A stretch of 64,000 bases of DNA from Clostridia bacterium (GCA_017502135.1 JAFVVP010000001.1:544-64543); one strand, 5' to 3'. Positions 1 to 8,987 are shown, counted from the first letter of the stretch. Program-made: numbers and translations. Notes: generated from the letters alone by a model not told the origin.

Positions 1-823
1 GCGGAGCAACGGGCGCACCCTTTACGGTGTAGGTAGCAGTTGCTGTTGTAGTGCTGCCGGTAAATTTATTGTCTCCGCTGAACAGCGAAAAACCGGCCTC
101 AGGGAGAACAATGTTTTCAGCAGGCACTGCTACCTTGGTATAAACAGAAATGCCGTTCGGGTTATCGTTGCCGTTGAAATCAACGGAGGCGGTATCTTTG
201 TTCAGAGCAATACCCGCCGTTTTAGCCGTAAACGTGCCGCCGTTAACGGTCAAATCAGCGTCGTACATAACGAGAGCGTAGGTGCCACCGATAAACGTAC
301 CGTCGTTAATCGTAAGAGCACCGAAACCTCCCTTATTGTTCTGCTCGATCGCATAGGTGGGACCCTCAAACGTACCACCGTTAATCGTAAGGTTTATGGT
401 GGAACCATTTTGTAAATACAGCGGAGCGTTGTTCTTTGCAGCACTCACGCAGGAAGCGCGCTCACTGCCGGTGTAAGTGTCCGTAATGATAAACGTGTTA
501 CCGGAGGTGCCTCTTACTCTGAAAGCAATGCTTCCAGAACCCGTAACATCATAACCGTTAAGGTCAAGAGTTATGTCGGAGCCCGCGCACTTCACGTTGG
601 TAGAAGCGATAGTAATGTCCTTCTGCAACTGAATGTAAGTCGCGGTGGTGCTGGCCTCGGCAGCAGTAAGCGCTTCCGCGAACGTGCCTTCTCTGCCTTC
701 GCCGCCAAGATCGTCAACGGACGCACCCCATTTCGCTTCGGGGATGTCAGCCGCCGACACTGCGAACGGTACGATAGACAGTACCATCACAAGTGCAACG
801 ACGAGAGTAATAATTCTTTTCAT
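1..823 (-). CDS. Secreted cell-surface repeat protein, N-terminal part (gene continues past the left edge)
   Basis: ATG at 823-821 is preceded by GGAGGA. Hand translation gives MKRIITLVVALVMVLSIVPFAVSAAD (signal peptide), then G/T/N-rich TINGGTF / TVNGGTF repeats like the beta-helix modules of the 2207-aa protein at 45259. The frame stays open to base 1. It is absent from the ORF track because it is truncated. Confidence 0.6.
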   Translation of the reverse strand, partial: MKRIITLVVALVMVLSIVPFAVSAADIPEAKWGASVDDLGGEGREGTFAEALTAAEASTTATYIQLQKDITIASTNVKCAGSDITLDLNGYDVTGSGSIAFRVRGTSGNTFIITDTYTGSERASCVSAAKNNAPLYLQNGSTINLTINGGTFEGPTYAIEQNNKGGFGALTINDGTFIGGTYALVMYDADLTVNGGTFTAKTAGIALNKDTASVDFNGNDNPNGISVYTKVAVPAENIVLPEAGFSLFSGDNKFTGSTTTATATYTVKGAPVAP

Positions 824-1154
824 TGTGAGTATCCTCCAAAAAATAAATTACAAAATTCTTGCAGTTTTACCGCTTCCGTTTTCCCAGGGATAACCTCGCG
901 CTCGCTTTCAGGAATATGTATAAATCCATCATTATTATACAGGTAATACGCGAAAGGAAAACCGGCATAGGGTAACATGCTACATACATTATAGCATTCA
1001 AGTCATATTATGGCAAGGGTTTTTAAAAAAAATTTGCCGGAAACCTGTCAAAAAATACGGATAAAATTTTGTCAAGGTGAACTAAAAGGATTGTATTTCG
1101 TAAAAAAGTCGACACACCAGGTTCAAAATCTTCGAAAACAAAGGGGAAATCAAA

Positions 1155-1193
1155 GCAAAAAGGAGTTGTTGCATTCATAAAAGCAACAACTCC
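1155..1193 (-). terminator. Rho-independent terminator (hairpin GGAGTTGTTGC-N10-GCAACAACTCC plus U-run on the minus strand)
   Basis: Perfect 11-bp stem at 1162-1172 / 1183-1193, with an A-run at 1157-1161 on the plus strand. The same 32-nt hairpin recurs inverted at 35434-35465. Confidence 0.6.
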
Positions 1194-1235
1194 ACTTAGC
1201 CGGTGGCAGGGCCTTTTTCGTCGGATTAAAGCGGT

Positions 1236-1478
1236 TTACAGAGTCCAGCTGAAGACGCCGTATCCTTCGGGTTCGATTTTGCAAAGGAGTTTTCTCATGC
1301 CGTTTTCGCTCGTCTCCGACACGATCTCGATACCCTCACCGTCGGCGAACGCCGGTGCTTTCTCGGGCAGGCAGTATTCATCCTCGGGTACGGAGAGAGT
1401 AATCTCAGCCGTCTTTGCGCTCGCGTTCACGGCGAACATACGGCGGTTTTTGGCCTGATCCTCCCACGTGCCTGCCAC
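1236..1478 (-). CDS. 80-aa ORF, possibly a C-terminal remnant of a larger (glycosidase-like beta-sandwich?) protein
   Basis: The ORF is squeezed between two terminators. An in-frame stop lies 8 codons upstream of the ATG. The ending EPEGYGVFSWTL resembles C-terminal domains of glycoside hydrolases. No clear RBS. Confidence 0.3.
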   Translation of the reverse strand: MAGTWEDQAKNRRMFAVNASAKTAEITLSVPEDEYCLPEKAPAFADGEGIEIVSETSENGMRKLLCKIEPEGYGVFSWTL

Positions 1479-1534
1479 GAAAGCACCACGATCTGCTGTT
1501 ACGAATCGGTCGCAAACGGACTGTTCTGACGAAA

Positions 1535-1577
1535 ATAAAAAAAGTCCTCCCGAATGTCGGGAGGACTTTCATTTTTT
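1535..1577. terminator. Bidirectional rho-independent terminator
   Basis: Stem AAAGTCCTCCCG / CGGGAGGACTTT (1541-1569), flanked by an A-run and a T-run, immediately after the stop of the 1580-2701 gene. Confidence 0.7.
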
Positions 1578-1579
1578 AT

Positions 1580-2701
1580 TTAATAGTTCTGGTTGAACAT
1601 ATTGCTTTCGCCGGGCTTGAAATCACCGAAGTATTCCTTCGGATCCATGCCGACGAATTCAGCAAAGCGGATCATCTCAACGACAGTATTCTCGTTTACG
1701 GGAACGCCGTTCTGTTTTCTGTCTTCGGTTGCGATGATCTCTTTCTCGCCGTGGGTGTAGATGCGATCGTGACCGTCGGCAAGCGGGCTCTCACGCAGCT
1801 CGCGCAGATACGTGGAGAGATGCTCTTTGATTGCCGCAGCATCGCCGAAGATAGCGGGATTGATCGCGGCAAAGAAGTGGCAAATGCCGCTTCTGCCCTT
1901 CATGCAGTAATTGGAGGTAGTTCCAAGGCTGATGATGGAGGAGAAGATCTCGCAGAGCATGCCGTATCCGTAGCCCTTATGGCTTCCGCTCTGTTCCTCC
2001 GAGCCGCCGAGAGGCATAATGCCGCCGCCGTTCTTTGCAACGATGTTAGAAAGAACGTCCGCCGCGTCGTTTGAGGGATGGCCGTTTTTATCAAGTGCCC
2101 AGCCATCCGGAAGAGGCTTGCTCATCTTATTGTACATTTCCAGCTTACCGCGGGTAACAACGGTGGTGGAAGCGTCAAAGAAGAACGGATAGGGATCTGC
2201 GGGCATGGAGATAGCAAGGGGGTTGGAACCGATCATGGCAAGGCGGCCGAAGGTGGGAACCATGATAGCCTCGCTGTTCGTGCCGGAGAAGCCCATAAGT
2301 CCCGCGTCGCATGCCATTTTTGCATAGTATCCGGCGATACCGTAGTGGTTGGAGTTGCGAACGGAAACAATACCGATACCGGTGTTTTTTGCTTTTTCGA
2401 TAGCCATCTCCATAGCCTTGCGGCCAACTACCTGACCCATAGCGTCGTTTGCGTCAACGACTGCGCTGACAGGGGTCTCGAAAACCGTTTCGGGCTTAGC
2501 GTCAACCTTGATGATGCCCTTTTCAATGCCCTTGTGGTAACGAACGAGTCTTTGCATACCGTGGCTCTCAATGCCGTAAAGGTCGGCAAGGAGAAGAACG
2601 TCGGTGATAGTGCGGCACTCGTCGTCATTGAACCCGATCTTCTTGAACGCCGTCATACAAAAGCGGTCCAGAAGATCAACCGGAAACTTAACATAACCCA
2701 T
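1580..2701 (-). CDS. Ldh2-family (malate / L-lactate / ureidoglycolate-type) NAD(P)-dependent dehydrogenase
   Basis: The 373-aa ORF shows family hallmarks: GIESHGMQRLVRY, SNHYGIAGYY, GSNPLAISMP and HKGYGYGM. Confidence 0.85.
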   Translation of the reverse strand: MGYVKFPVDLLDRFCMTAFKKIGFNDDECRTITDVLLLADLYGIESHGMQRLVRYHKGIEKGIIKVDAKPETVFETPVSAVVDANDAMGQVVGRKAMEMAIEKAKNTGIGIVSVRNSNHYGIAGYYAKMACDAGLMGFSGTNSEAIMVPTFGRLAMIGSNPLAISMPADPYPFFFDASTTVVTRGKLEMYNKMSKPLPDGWALDKNGHPSNDAADVLSNIVAKNGGGIMPLGGSEEQSGSHKGYGYGMLCEIFSSIISLGTTSNYCMKGRSGICHFFAAINPAIFGDAAAIKEHLSTYLRELRESPLADGHDRIYTHGEKEIIATEDRKQNGVPVNENTVVEMIRFAEFVGMDPKEYFGDFKPGESNMFNQNY

Positions 2702-2869
2702 AAAAGAACCTCTCTTTATGTAAAAATATCAAGACAAACTTATTTTACCACAGACAGAACGAAATTTCAAGTAAAACCGAAAAAACAGCCTGCATATAAA
2801 GTTATACGTAAAAGTCAAGCAGTAAGCGGAGATCTGTCCGCGTTACATTTTTGAAACCCGAAGCGGTTG

Positions 2870-4894
2870 TCAGGATGCGGATTTCAGATAGTGCTCGGAG
2901 AGAAATTCGTTTCTCTTTCGGAGCCAGTTTTTGAGATATTCGATCTCGCCGTCGTACGTTCCGTCAACGGGCTTGTGTTCGTACAGGCTGTATGCTTTCA
3001 CCGTGCTCCAGACGGTGTTGTTGCGGTCGATCTCCGCCCGGTGCTCGGAGAGAAGCGCGTCGATTCTGCTCTCTCCCAGTTCGTTATCCTCATACAGATT
3101 CACGATCACCGGCTGAAGTGCAGTATAAAGATCGGAAACGAGCGTTTTGAATTCTTCATATTCGAAGAGATAGCGGTTAAAGAGGCTCACGCAGTAAATC
3201 CCCTCGTAGGAAAGGCCCGTCGTGTCGGCGTTGTTGTACGCTTTGTAATAGGAGGACGAGCAGTTGCCCGAACTCAGATCGAAATCCCAAACGGGGCCCT
3301 CGTACAGTTTCCCGCCCTTCACGTAGAAGCGGGTGCTGCTCACGGAATAATCTACGTTTTTGAACAGTTCCTGGACGATGTAGCTTCGAGCGAAGGACTC
3401 AACGTCTATACACTCGGTTACCTTATCGTAGTCGCCTGAGAGAAGGGCGTCTTCCACGCTCGTCATGAACGTGCTGAGCCATGCGCGCTGTTCAGCGGTC
3501 GGCTCCTCGGGATCATTGTAGCCGAGAATGATGCCCGTCTTGGAAAGCGTCAGGGAGACGGGGTTGGAGTAGCCGGCACGGGGCTCAAGTTCGAGGAGAA
3601 ATTCGTTGTTGTCCGTGTCAATATCGACCTGCGTTTTGCTCACGTCCACCGGTTCGCAGATCTGATAGAGGCCGGCATACGCACCGTTCACGTATACCTC
3701 GGCGAACGCGGAATCTGAGACGTAGTTCACACCCGCATTCTCGGCGAACGTGAATGCCAGTGTATTGCGGATCTGCGTTTTGTCGTACAGATTGGCAAGG
3801 AGACTCCACTTTTTGCCCTTGCCGAGACCGAGCAGTTCGATTTTTGAGGAGAACTTTATATTGTACGGCTTTTTCTCACCGCTTGCGGTCGAGTTGCCGC
3901 GGATCTTGATCGTTGATTCCGAATCGTAAATATCGTTGTACACGCCGGTGGGATCATACACGGTAACGGCACAGGTAACGTACGCGGTGCGGGTGATCTC
4001 CTCTTCGGTCGTTATGTAGACCTGCGGGAGAAGGGAGAGGGAGGCGGGGACTCCCGAAAGTCCTTCCGGTATGACGGAGATCCGTCCGTCGCCGAACGGG
4101 TTTTCGTACGTCTCGCCGATCTTGCCGGCGAGCGTGTCGGTTACGTAACGGATGACCGCTTCGCGGTTCGTTTGGGGGGCTTCGGGGGGGATCATTTCGC
4201 CTTTCAAAACATCTTTGATCTCTGCGGGAAGCGCTTCGCTGAATGTTACCGTGTACACGGCTTCGGGATCGAGTGGGACTTCGCCTACCGTAACGCCCGA
4301 AACGCGGCGCTCACCGATAAAGCCGATAAAAGCACCTGCCTCGTCCGTCTCGGCGGCGGGCGTTTTGTTTTTGTCAAGGGTGAGCGAGATGCCGCTCAGA
4401 TGCAGAAAATCGGGCGCGGCTTCGTCGGACAGCGGAAGATGGGCGATCTCGAGGGCATTGAGGAGTGCTCCGCCGCTTGCGCGGACGGTAACGAGTGCCG
4501 CTTCTGTCGGCAAAACGGTTTCTACGGCGAGAAGCGTAATTTCCCCTTGGGGGATGCCGGCGGCGATCTCACTCGCCGACACGAGAGCGATGTTGGCATC
4601 TGCGGCAGTTCGGTACGCATCCGCTATGAAATCCCCGAGATTCGTCTCGGTTTTTGCGATAATCGGCGTCTTCGTCTTCGGATCGCTTACGACGAGATCG
4701 TACTCGGTCTGTCCAATCACGGTCATGGGATCGGGCGGCGGCGGAGGGAGCGCTTCTTCGGTTTCGTCAGTTTCCTCGGTGGAAACGTTCGCATCGGTCA
4801 CGGGATCGCCCGAGATGACCGGCTCCGTCTCACAGCCCGACAGAATGAGGCACGCACAAAGGCACGCGCACAGTATAAAAAGCAGTTTTTTCAA
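2870..4894 (-). CDS. Lipoprotein with a 5'-nucleotidase-C-like N-terminal region and a CotH kinase-family domain
   Basis: Lipobox LILSGC after MKKLLFILCACL. CotH-type block IKIRGNSTASGEKKPYNIKF...KKWSLLANLYDKTQIRNTLAF...VYVNGAYAGLY. Confidence 0.8.
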   Translation of the reverse strand: MKKLLFILCACLCACLILSGCETEPVISGDPVTDANVSTEETDETEEALPPPPPDPMTVIGQTEYDLVVSDPKTKTPIIAKTETNLGDFIADAYRTAADANIALVSASEIAAGIPQGEITLLAVETVLPTEAALVTVRASGGALLNALEIAHLPLSDEAAPDFLHLSGISLTLDKNKTPAAETDEAGAFIGFIGERRVSGVTVGEVPLDPEAVYTVTFSEALPAEIKDVLKGEMIPPEAPQTNREAVIRYVTDTLAGKIGETYENPFGDGRISVIPEGLSGVPASLSLLPQVYITTEEEITRTAYVTCAVTVYDPTGVYNDIYDSESTIKIRGNSTASGEKKPYNIKFSSKIELLGLGKGKKWSLLANLYDKTQIRNTLAFTFAENAGVNYVSDSAFAEVYVNGAYAGLYQICEPVDVSKTQVDIDTDNNEFLLELEPRAGYSNPVSLTLSKTGIILGYNDPEEPTAEQRAWLSTFMTSVEDALLSGDYDKVTECIDVESFARSYIVQELFKNVDYSVSSTRFYVKGGKLYEGPVWDFDLSSGNCSSSYYKAYNNADTTGLSYEGIYCVSLFNRYLFEYEEFKTLVSDLYTALQPVIVNLYEDNELGESRIDALLSEHRAEIDRNNTVWSTVKAYSLYEHKPVDGTYDGEIEYLKNWLRKRNEFLSEHYLKSAS

Positions 4895-5034
4895 AGGAGA
4901 ACCTCCGACTATGTTAGTATCCTTCAGATAGAATCATTGTACACTTTTTGCCCTGTGTTGTCAATATATCCGGAGATGCAAAAGAGCGGTACCGCCCTGT
5001 GCAGTATCGCTCTTTATACGGATTAACGTTAGTG

Positions 5035-5889
5035 TTAGTTTGCGGGATACAGCTTTTCTATTACGGCACGGTAACGCCTTGCCGCATCTCTCATGCCGTC
5101 CTGCAGTATCTCCTCACGGGATTTCTGATCGTAGGTATATTCTTCCCGGTCCATAAGGGAATAGTCGCAAAAACAGTGCATCTCCTGCGGAGAGAAGAGA
5201 ATAGTGTAATTGCGGGTTTGACGCTGTTCGTAGGTCCAGCGATCGGAAACGAAGGATTTCACAAAATCTGTCTGCTGCAGAATTACCTCGCGATTGCGCC
5301 ATACCTCATCAATGGAGAGGAATTTTCCTTCGTCATCGAGATAAAACATACCGGCTCGGGGATCGAGGTATGCCCAACGATCTTCGAAATAGATCTCGCA
5401 TACGATATGTCCTGCCATATGCATAACGATTCGTCCGGGGAATCCTGCGATTTCTGAAAGGGATACCATAAGCCGACCGAGGCATTCGCAGAGATTTTCG
5501 CCTTTTTCAATCAGCTGCTCCTCCGTACCGCCGTAGACGAGGTTGTACGGCAGGGCGTTGTTGGGATCATTTTTGTAGAGATCCCGACAGAATGACATAA
5601 GTGCGAGAACCTTTTCCCGATCGGTTTTTGCGTCCTTCGTTGCGTCTTCTACGTATTTTTCCAAAATGGGACGGGTGCCGCGGACATAGCGAACCTTTTC
5701 CGGCTTCGTGCCGTAGAGATATTCTCTCGTTTCGTCGCACAGAAGGATTTGTTTTTTGAGTCGCTGCCATTCCACGTTATCACCGTAGTTTATTTTCAGC
5801 TGGTCCCAGTTTGCCCGATACAACTCTTGTTTGTTTTCGTCCGTGAGGATGTCGGGAATGTTTTTACCCATATAATCGTGTATGTTCAT
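5035..5889 (-). CDS. Transglutaminase-like cysteine-protease-fold protein
   Basis: 284-aa ORF with a Cys-His-Asp arrangement: GENLCECLGRL, MAGHIVCEIY and WAYLDPRAG. Confidence 0.6.
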   Translation of the reverse strand: MNIHDYMGKNIPDILTDENKQELYRANWDQLKINYGDNVEWQRLKKQILLCDETREYLYGTKPEKVRYVRGTRPILEKYVEDATKDAKTDREKVLALMSFCRDLYKNDPNNALPYNLVYGGTEEQLIEKGENLCECLGRLMVSLSEIAGFPGRIVMHMAGHIVCEIYFEDRWAYLDPRAGMFYLDDEGKFLSIDEVWRNREVILQQTDFVKSFVSDRWTYEQRQTRNYTILFSPQEMHCFCDYSLMDREEYTYDQKSREEILQDGMRDAARRYRAVIEKLYPAN

Positions 5890-5907
5890 AGAAAAGTCCT
5901 TTTCTGA

Positions 5908-7515
5908 TTACTTCGGCTGAATAACAAGTGCCAGATCGCCCACGTTAAGCGGACGTTTTGTCAAGCCGCCTTCGGCGATATGATAGGTGAGCGTTATAGT
6001 GTTCTTGCCGCATTTCAGGTAAGACGGGGGAATGTCGATCTCATTTTTGCAGATGTCCCACCACCGGTCGATGCGTGCCAAATGCAGACGGTTGTAGCCC
6101 TTGATAGTGCCACTACTCGCGGGGAGGATCGGCTCGTCATCCGGAGACCAGTAAAGTTCCTTTTCGGTCAGCGTGATCTCGTGCCCATTTACGGAGAGGG
6201 TAACCGTTTCCAGTGCGGTAAGTCCTCTGGCGTGGATTACAAACGTGGCTTTCTCGATATTTTCGGGGTCGTCGCCGATCATAACGGAATGGGTGAAGGG
6301 GTTATCCTCCTTCGTCAGCTCGGCCGGGAGTTTGTTCAGATAGTCAAAAAAGTATTCCTTTTCCGCATGGGGAAGGAAATCCGCGTTCGCAATGGTGTCG
6401 AGCAGGGGATGCCAGATTTGCTCTCCCTTTTTTTTCATAGTGCCGGAAGAGGTGGCAAGTACCACCGCATTAGCTCCCGCCTGGATGCCGGCGAGCGCCC
6501 GCGCGTAATGTCGACGGGGCAGCACGGGGCGATCTTTGACGCCGCTGAGACCGGAACGAATGTCATTGGGATTGGGGTCGGTGGTGATTCGAGCGCAGGG
6601 AATGCGGATATGTGTGGCAACGCGGCAATTCGTGCCTTCGCATTCTTTGAGGAATTCCTCCACAGGAACACCGAACGTCAGATTGGGACGGAGATAGGAG
6701 GGTACGATCCAATCGATAAGCCCTTCCTTGACCCAGTCGCGCCACGCCATATAGAGCCGTTCTTGTGCATCCGGCTCCACGCGGACGGCGAGATCAATAT
6801 ATACGCCGCGCTTTTCGCCTTCTTCGTTCAGCACCTGACGAGCACTGCGGATGAAATCTGTCATATAGTGTCCGTCAGCCTTGGGATCAAAGAAGAAGGG
6901 GGGGTACACGCAGAAATCGAGCTCAATGCCGTCAATGTCGTGTTCGGCTACCTCGCGGATGATGGCAAGCTTGAAATCCCGTACTTCTTTGTGCTTGTAA
7001 TCAAGGAACGGATAGTTGGCGGGGGTACCGTCCGGTTTCGGAATGCGGTATTCGGGGTGTTCTTTGTTGAACTTGCCTACGAAGATGGCGTAGGTGAAAT
7101 TATCCTCGCTTACGGGTCCGTATTCGTGATTCATTTCAAAGCGTGCCCACGGAATGACGCCTATCTCGCGGCACTTCTTTGCCATAAGGTTAAGACCGTC
7201 CGAGCCGGTGTCAATACATTTTTGAATCCAATCCCGTGCAGCCAAATCACCCGGACGGCAGATTCTTTGAGCGAGCGGGGAGGCATCACGCATAAACACG
7301 TCGCCAACCTTCGTATCGTAGGCGAAAACGCTGCCGGGGCCAATGCCGATAAGCTTTACTTTTACGTCGGGATAATCTCTAAGGTATCCCACGTTGCGTT
7401 CAAGAAATTCCTCAATGGAGGCGGTGGCGGCATCACGACCGCAGTACTGAGAAAATCCGTCATCTCGAAGAATCAGAAACGGTTCGTTTTCGGGAAGGGT
7501 ATTTCTTTTCATCAT
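5908..7515 (-). CDS. Putative glycoside-hydrolase-like TIM-barrel protein (function uncertain)
   Basis: Long ORF 5908-7605. The likely start is MMKRNT at 7515, which has an upstream GAAAGG. IDGIELDF and alternating beta/alpha character suggest a GH-like (GHL10-type) barrel. C-terminal beta-rich domain. Confidence 0.6.
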   Translation of the reverse strand: MMKRNTLPENEPFLILRDDGFSQYCGRDAATASIEEFLERNVGYLRDYPDVKVKLIGIGPGSVFAYDTKVGDVFMRDASPLAQRICRPGDLAARDWIQKCIDTGSDGLNLMAKKCREIGVIPWARFEMNHEYGPVSEDNFTYAIFVGKFNKEHPEYRIPKPDGTPANYPFLDYKHKEVRDFKLAIIREVAEHDIDGIELDFCVYPPFFFDPKADGHYMTDFIRSARQVLNEEGEKRGVYIDLAVRVEPDAQERLYMAWRDWVKEGLIDWIVPSYLRPNLTFGVPVEEFLKECEGTNCRVATHIRIPCARITTDPNPNDIRSGLSGVKDRPVLPRRHYARALAGIQAGANAVVLATSSGTMKKKGEQIWHPLLDTIANADFLPHAEKEYFFDYLNKLPAELTKEDNPFTHSVMIGDDPENIEKATFVIHARGLTALETVTLSVNGHEITLTEKELYWSPDDEPILPASSGTIKGYNRLHLARIDRWWDICKNEIDIPPSYLKCGKNTITLTYHIAEGGLTKRPLNVGDLALVIQPK

Positions 7516-7680
7516 GGAATTGCCTTTCTTTTTGGAGAAGAATTTTTCAAAGGATATGTAAATCTCCGCTGAGGTCATTATACCACGTGCTTTCGTGTGA
7601 TTCAATAGGTAAGGGGAAAAAAGTACGGACTATGGTCATTGTTTTCAGATCTACAGCGGAAGTACATACCTTTGAAAATG

Positions 7681-7719
7681 AAAAAAAGACCACCACTTGA
7701 TTTTCCTCAAATGGTGGCC
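7681..7719 (-). terminator. Orphan rho-independent terminator directly downstream (minus sense) of a 12-nt tmRNA 3'-end remnant
   Basis: CCACCAcTTGA-ttttcc-TCAAaTGGTGG stem, followed on the minus strand by a 7-U run (plus-strand A-run 7681-7687). No minus-strand gene ends here. Confidence 0.55.
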
Positions 7720-7724
7720 TGGAA

Positions 7725-7736
7725 TGGTGGAGGCGA
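7725..7736. repeat. Putative att core (left copy): TGGTGGAGGCGA, identical to the 3' terminal 12 nt of ssrA at 25845-25856
   Basis: Exact 12-bp direct repeat in the same orientation, followed by an orphan terminator in the position expected for a displaced tmRNA 3' end. Confidence 0.5.
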
Positions 7737-8010
7737 ACCTCGGTCAAAAAAGGTTGATAATCTGGGGAATTTGCTCACGAATCTGCAGCGTACGGAAGTG
7801 GTTGTGCCGAATACGACGTACAAGGTGTTCGTGATCGGACGGCGGGTACTCAACTACTGCGGCGGGTTTGGCGTGGAGGAGTAAAACTATCAAAATCTAA
7901 TAATCAAAACTACGGCAGTTTAGGTTTGAAAGCCCTACAATCTGCCGTGGTTTTTGCTTTTACGACGCAGTGAATGTACCGTATAATTCCGCATATTATT
8001 CCTCAAATCA

Positions 8011-8039
8011 TTGACATCGTGCCGATAATGTGCTATAAT
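8011..8039 (+). promoter_or_regulatory. Consensus sigma-70-type promoter for the fic / R-M array
   Basis: TTGACA (8011-8016), 17-nt spacer, TATAAT (8034-8039), about 75 nt upstream of the fic ATG. Confidence 0.6.
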
Positions 8040-8047
8040 TATACTGA

Positions 8048-8089
8048 TATATTATAATTATTTTCACTTATATTATAATTATTTTCACT
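8048..8089. repeat. Perfect 2 x 21-bp tandem direct repeat (TATATTATAATTATTTTCACT) between promoter and fic
   Basis: 8048-8068 equals 8069-8089 exactly. The position suggests an operator. Confidence 0.8.
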
Positions 8090-8114
8090 CTTACAGACGA
8101 AGAGGTGCAGATAT

Positions 8115-8987
8115 ATGGCAATGAGAACACATGAAGCAGCTGAAAAATGGGGCATCACCGCGCGACGAGTACGTGTGCTTTGCGTAAATGGTCAGATCGA
8201 CGGTGCATGGCGCGAGGGCAAGATCTGGTACATCCCCGACAACGCTCCCAAGCCTGCTGACGGGCGAATCCGCAGTAAAGAAACGCTGATTGTGCAGATT
8301 GAAAGAAAAAAGGCGGAGCTGGATACTCGCCGTCCGCTGACCGAAGGCGAAGTCGCCCGGTTCAACGAAGATTTTATGATCGAGTACACCTACAACTCCA
8401 ACGCAATTGAGGGGAACACGCTCACTCTTCGCGAAACAGATATGGTGCTGAAGGGCTTGACCATTGATCAGAAACCGCTGAAGGATCACATGGAAGCGGT
8501 CGGCCACAAGGATGCCTTCTACTTTATCTGCGACCTCGTGAAGGATAATATTCCCCTCTCCGAGTCGGTCATCAAGCAGATTCACACGCTTGTGTTGGCG
8601 GATAAGCCGATGGATCGCGGTGTTTATCGCCGTGTCCCCGTTCGCATCATGGGCGCGAAGAACGAGCCTGTGCAGCCGTATATGATCGAGCCGAGGATGT
8701 ATGAGCTGATGCAGAAATACGCGGCGGACGAGCGAAATATCGTAGAGAAGCTCGCGGATTTGCACGTCGAATTTGAATCGATCCATCCGTTCATCGACGG
8801 CAACGGCAGAACCGGACGGCTGATAGTGAATCTGGAACTGATGAAAGCCGGCTATCCGCCGATTGATGTTAAGTTTACTGATCGGATGCGGTATTATGAG
8901 GCATTTGAGGATCGCGATGAAATGGCGCGGTTGTTTGGGGAGTATCTCAGTAAACGGTTGGATCAGTATTTGGAAGTACTTAAGTAA
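8115..8987 (+). CDS. fic: Fic-family protein with an N-terminal HTH (excisionase/MerR-like) domain
   Basis: Fic motif HPFIDGNGRTGRL. Upstream inhibitory-type motif SNAIEGN. N-terminal WGITARRVRVLCVNGQIDGA HTH. Confidence 0.9.
   Translation: MAMRTHEAAEKWGITARRVRVLCVNGQIDGAWREGKIWYIPDNAPKPADGRIRSKETLIVQIERKKAELDTRRPLTEGEVARFNEDFMIEYTYNSNAIEGNTLTLRETDMVLKGLTIDQKPLKDHMEAVGHKDAFYFICDLVKDNIPLSESVIKQIHTLVLADKPMDRGVYRRVPVRIMGAKNEPVQPYMIEPRMYELMQKYAADERNIVEKLADLHVEFESIHPFIDGNGRTGRLIVNLELMKAGYPPIDVKFTDRMRYYEAFEDRDEMARLFGEYLSKRLDQYLEVLK

Noticed and set aside
645-893. 82-aa plus-strand ORF
   Set aside because: It is antisense to the signal-peptide end of the 1-823 surface-protein gene and runs through its promoter region.
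4152-5026. Plus-strand ORFs 4152-4931 and 4172-5026
   Set aside because: They are antisense to the CotH lipoprotein gene and have Ser/Arg/Gly-rich composition.
5980-7572. 530-aa plus-strand ORF
   Set aside because: It is antisense to the 5908-7515 gene. The sequence is Gly/Arg/Val-rich and typical of GC-rich antisense frames. It has no RBS.
7639-7884. 81-aa ORF spanning the putative att site. Separately, the idea that TGGTGGAGGCGAACC at 7725 is a tRNA gene 3' end.
   Set aside because: The ORF crosses a terminator hairpin and the att repeat, and it has no RBS. No T-arm, anticodon arm or cloverleaf can be drawn upstream of the 12-mer, so it is treated as a tmRNA 3' remnant. The GC-richer stretch at 7760-7885 may be a gene fragment, but I could not assign it.
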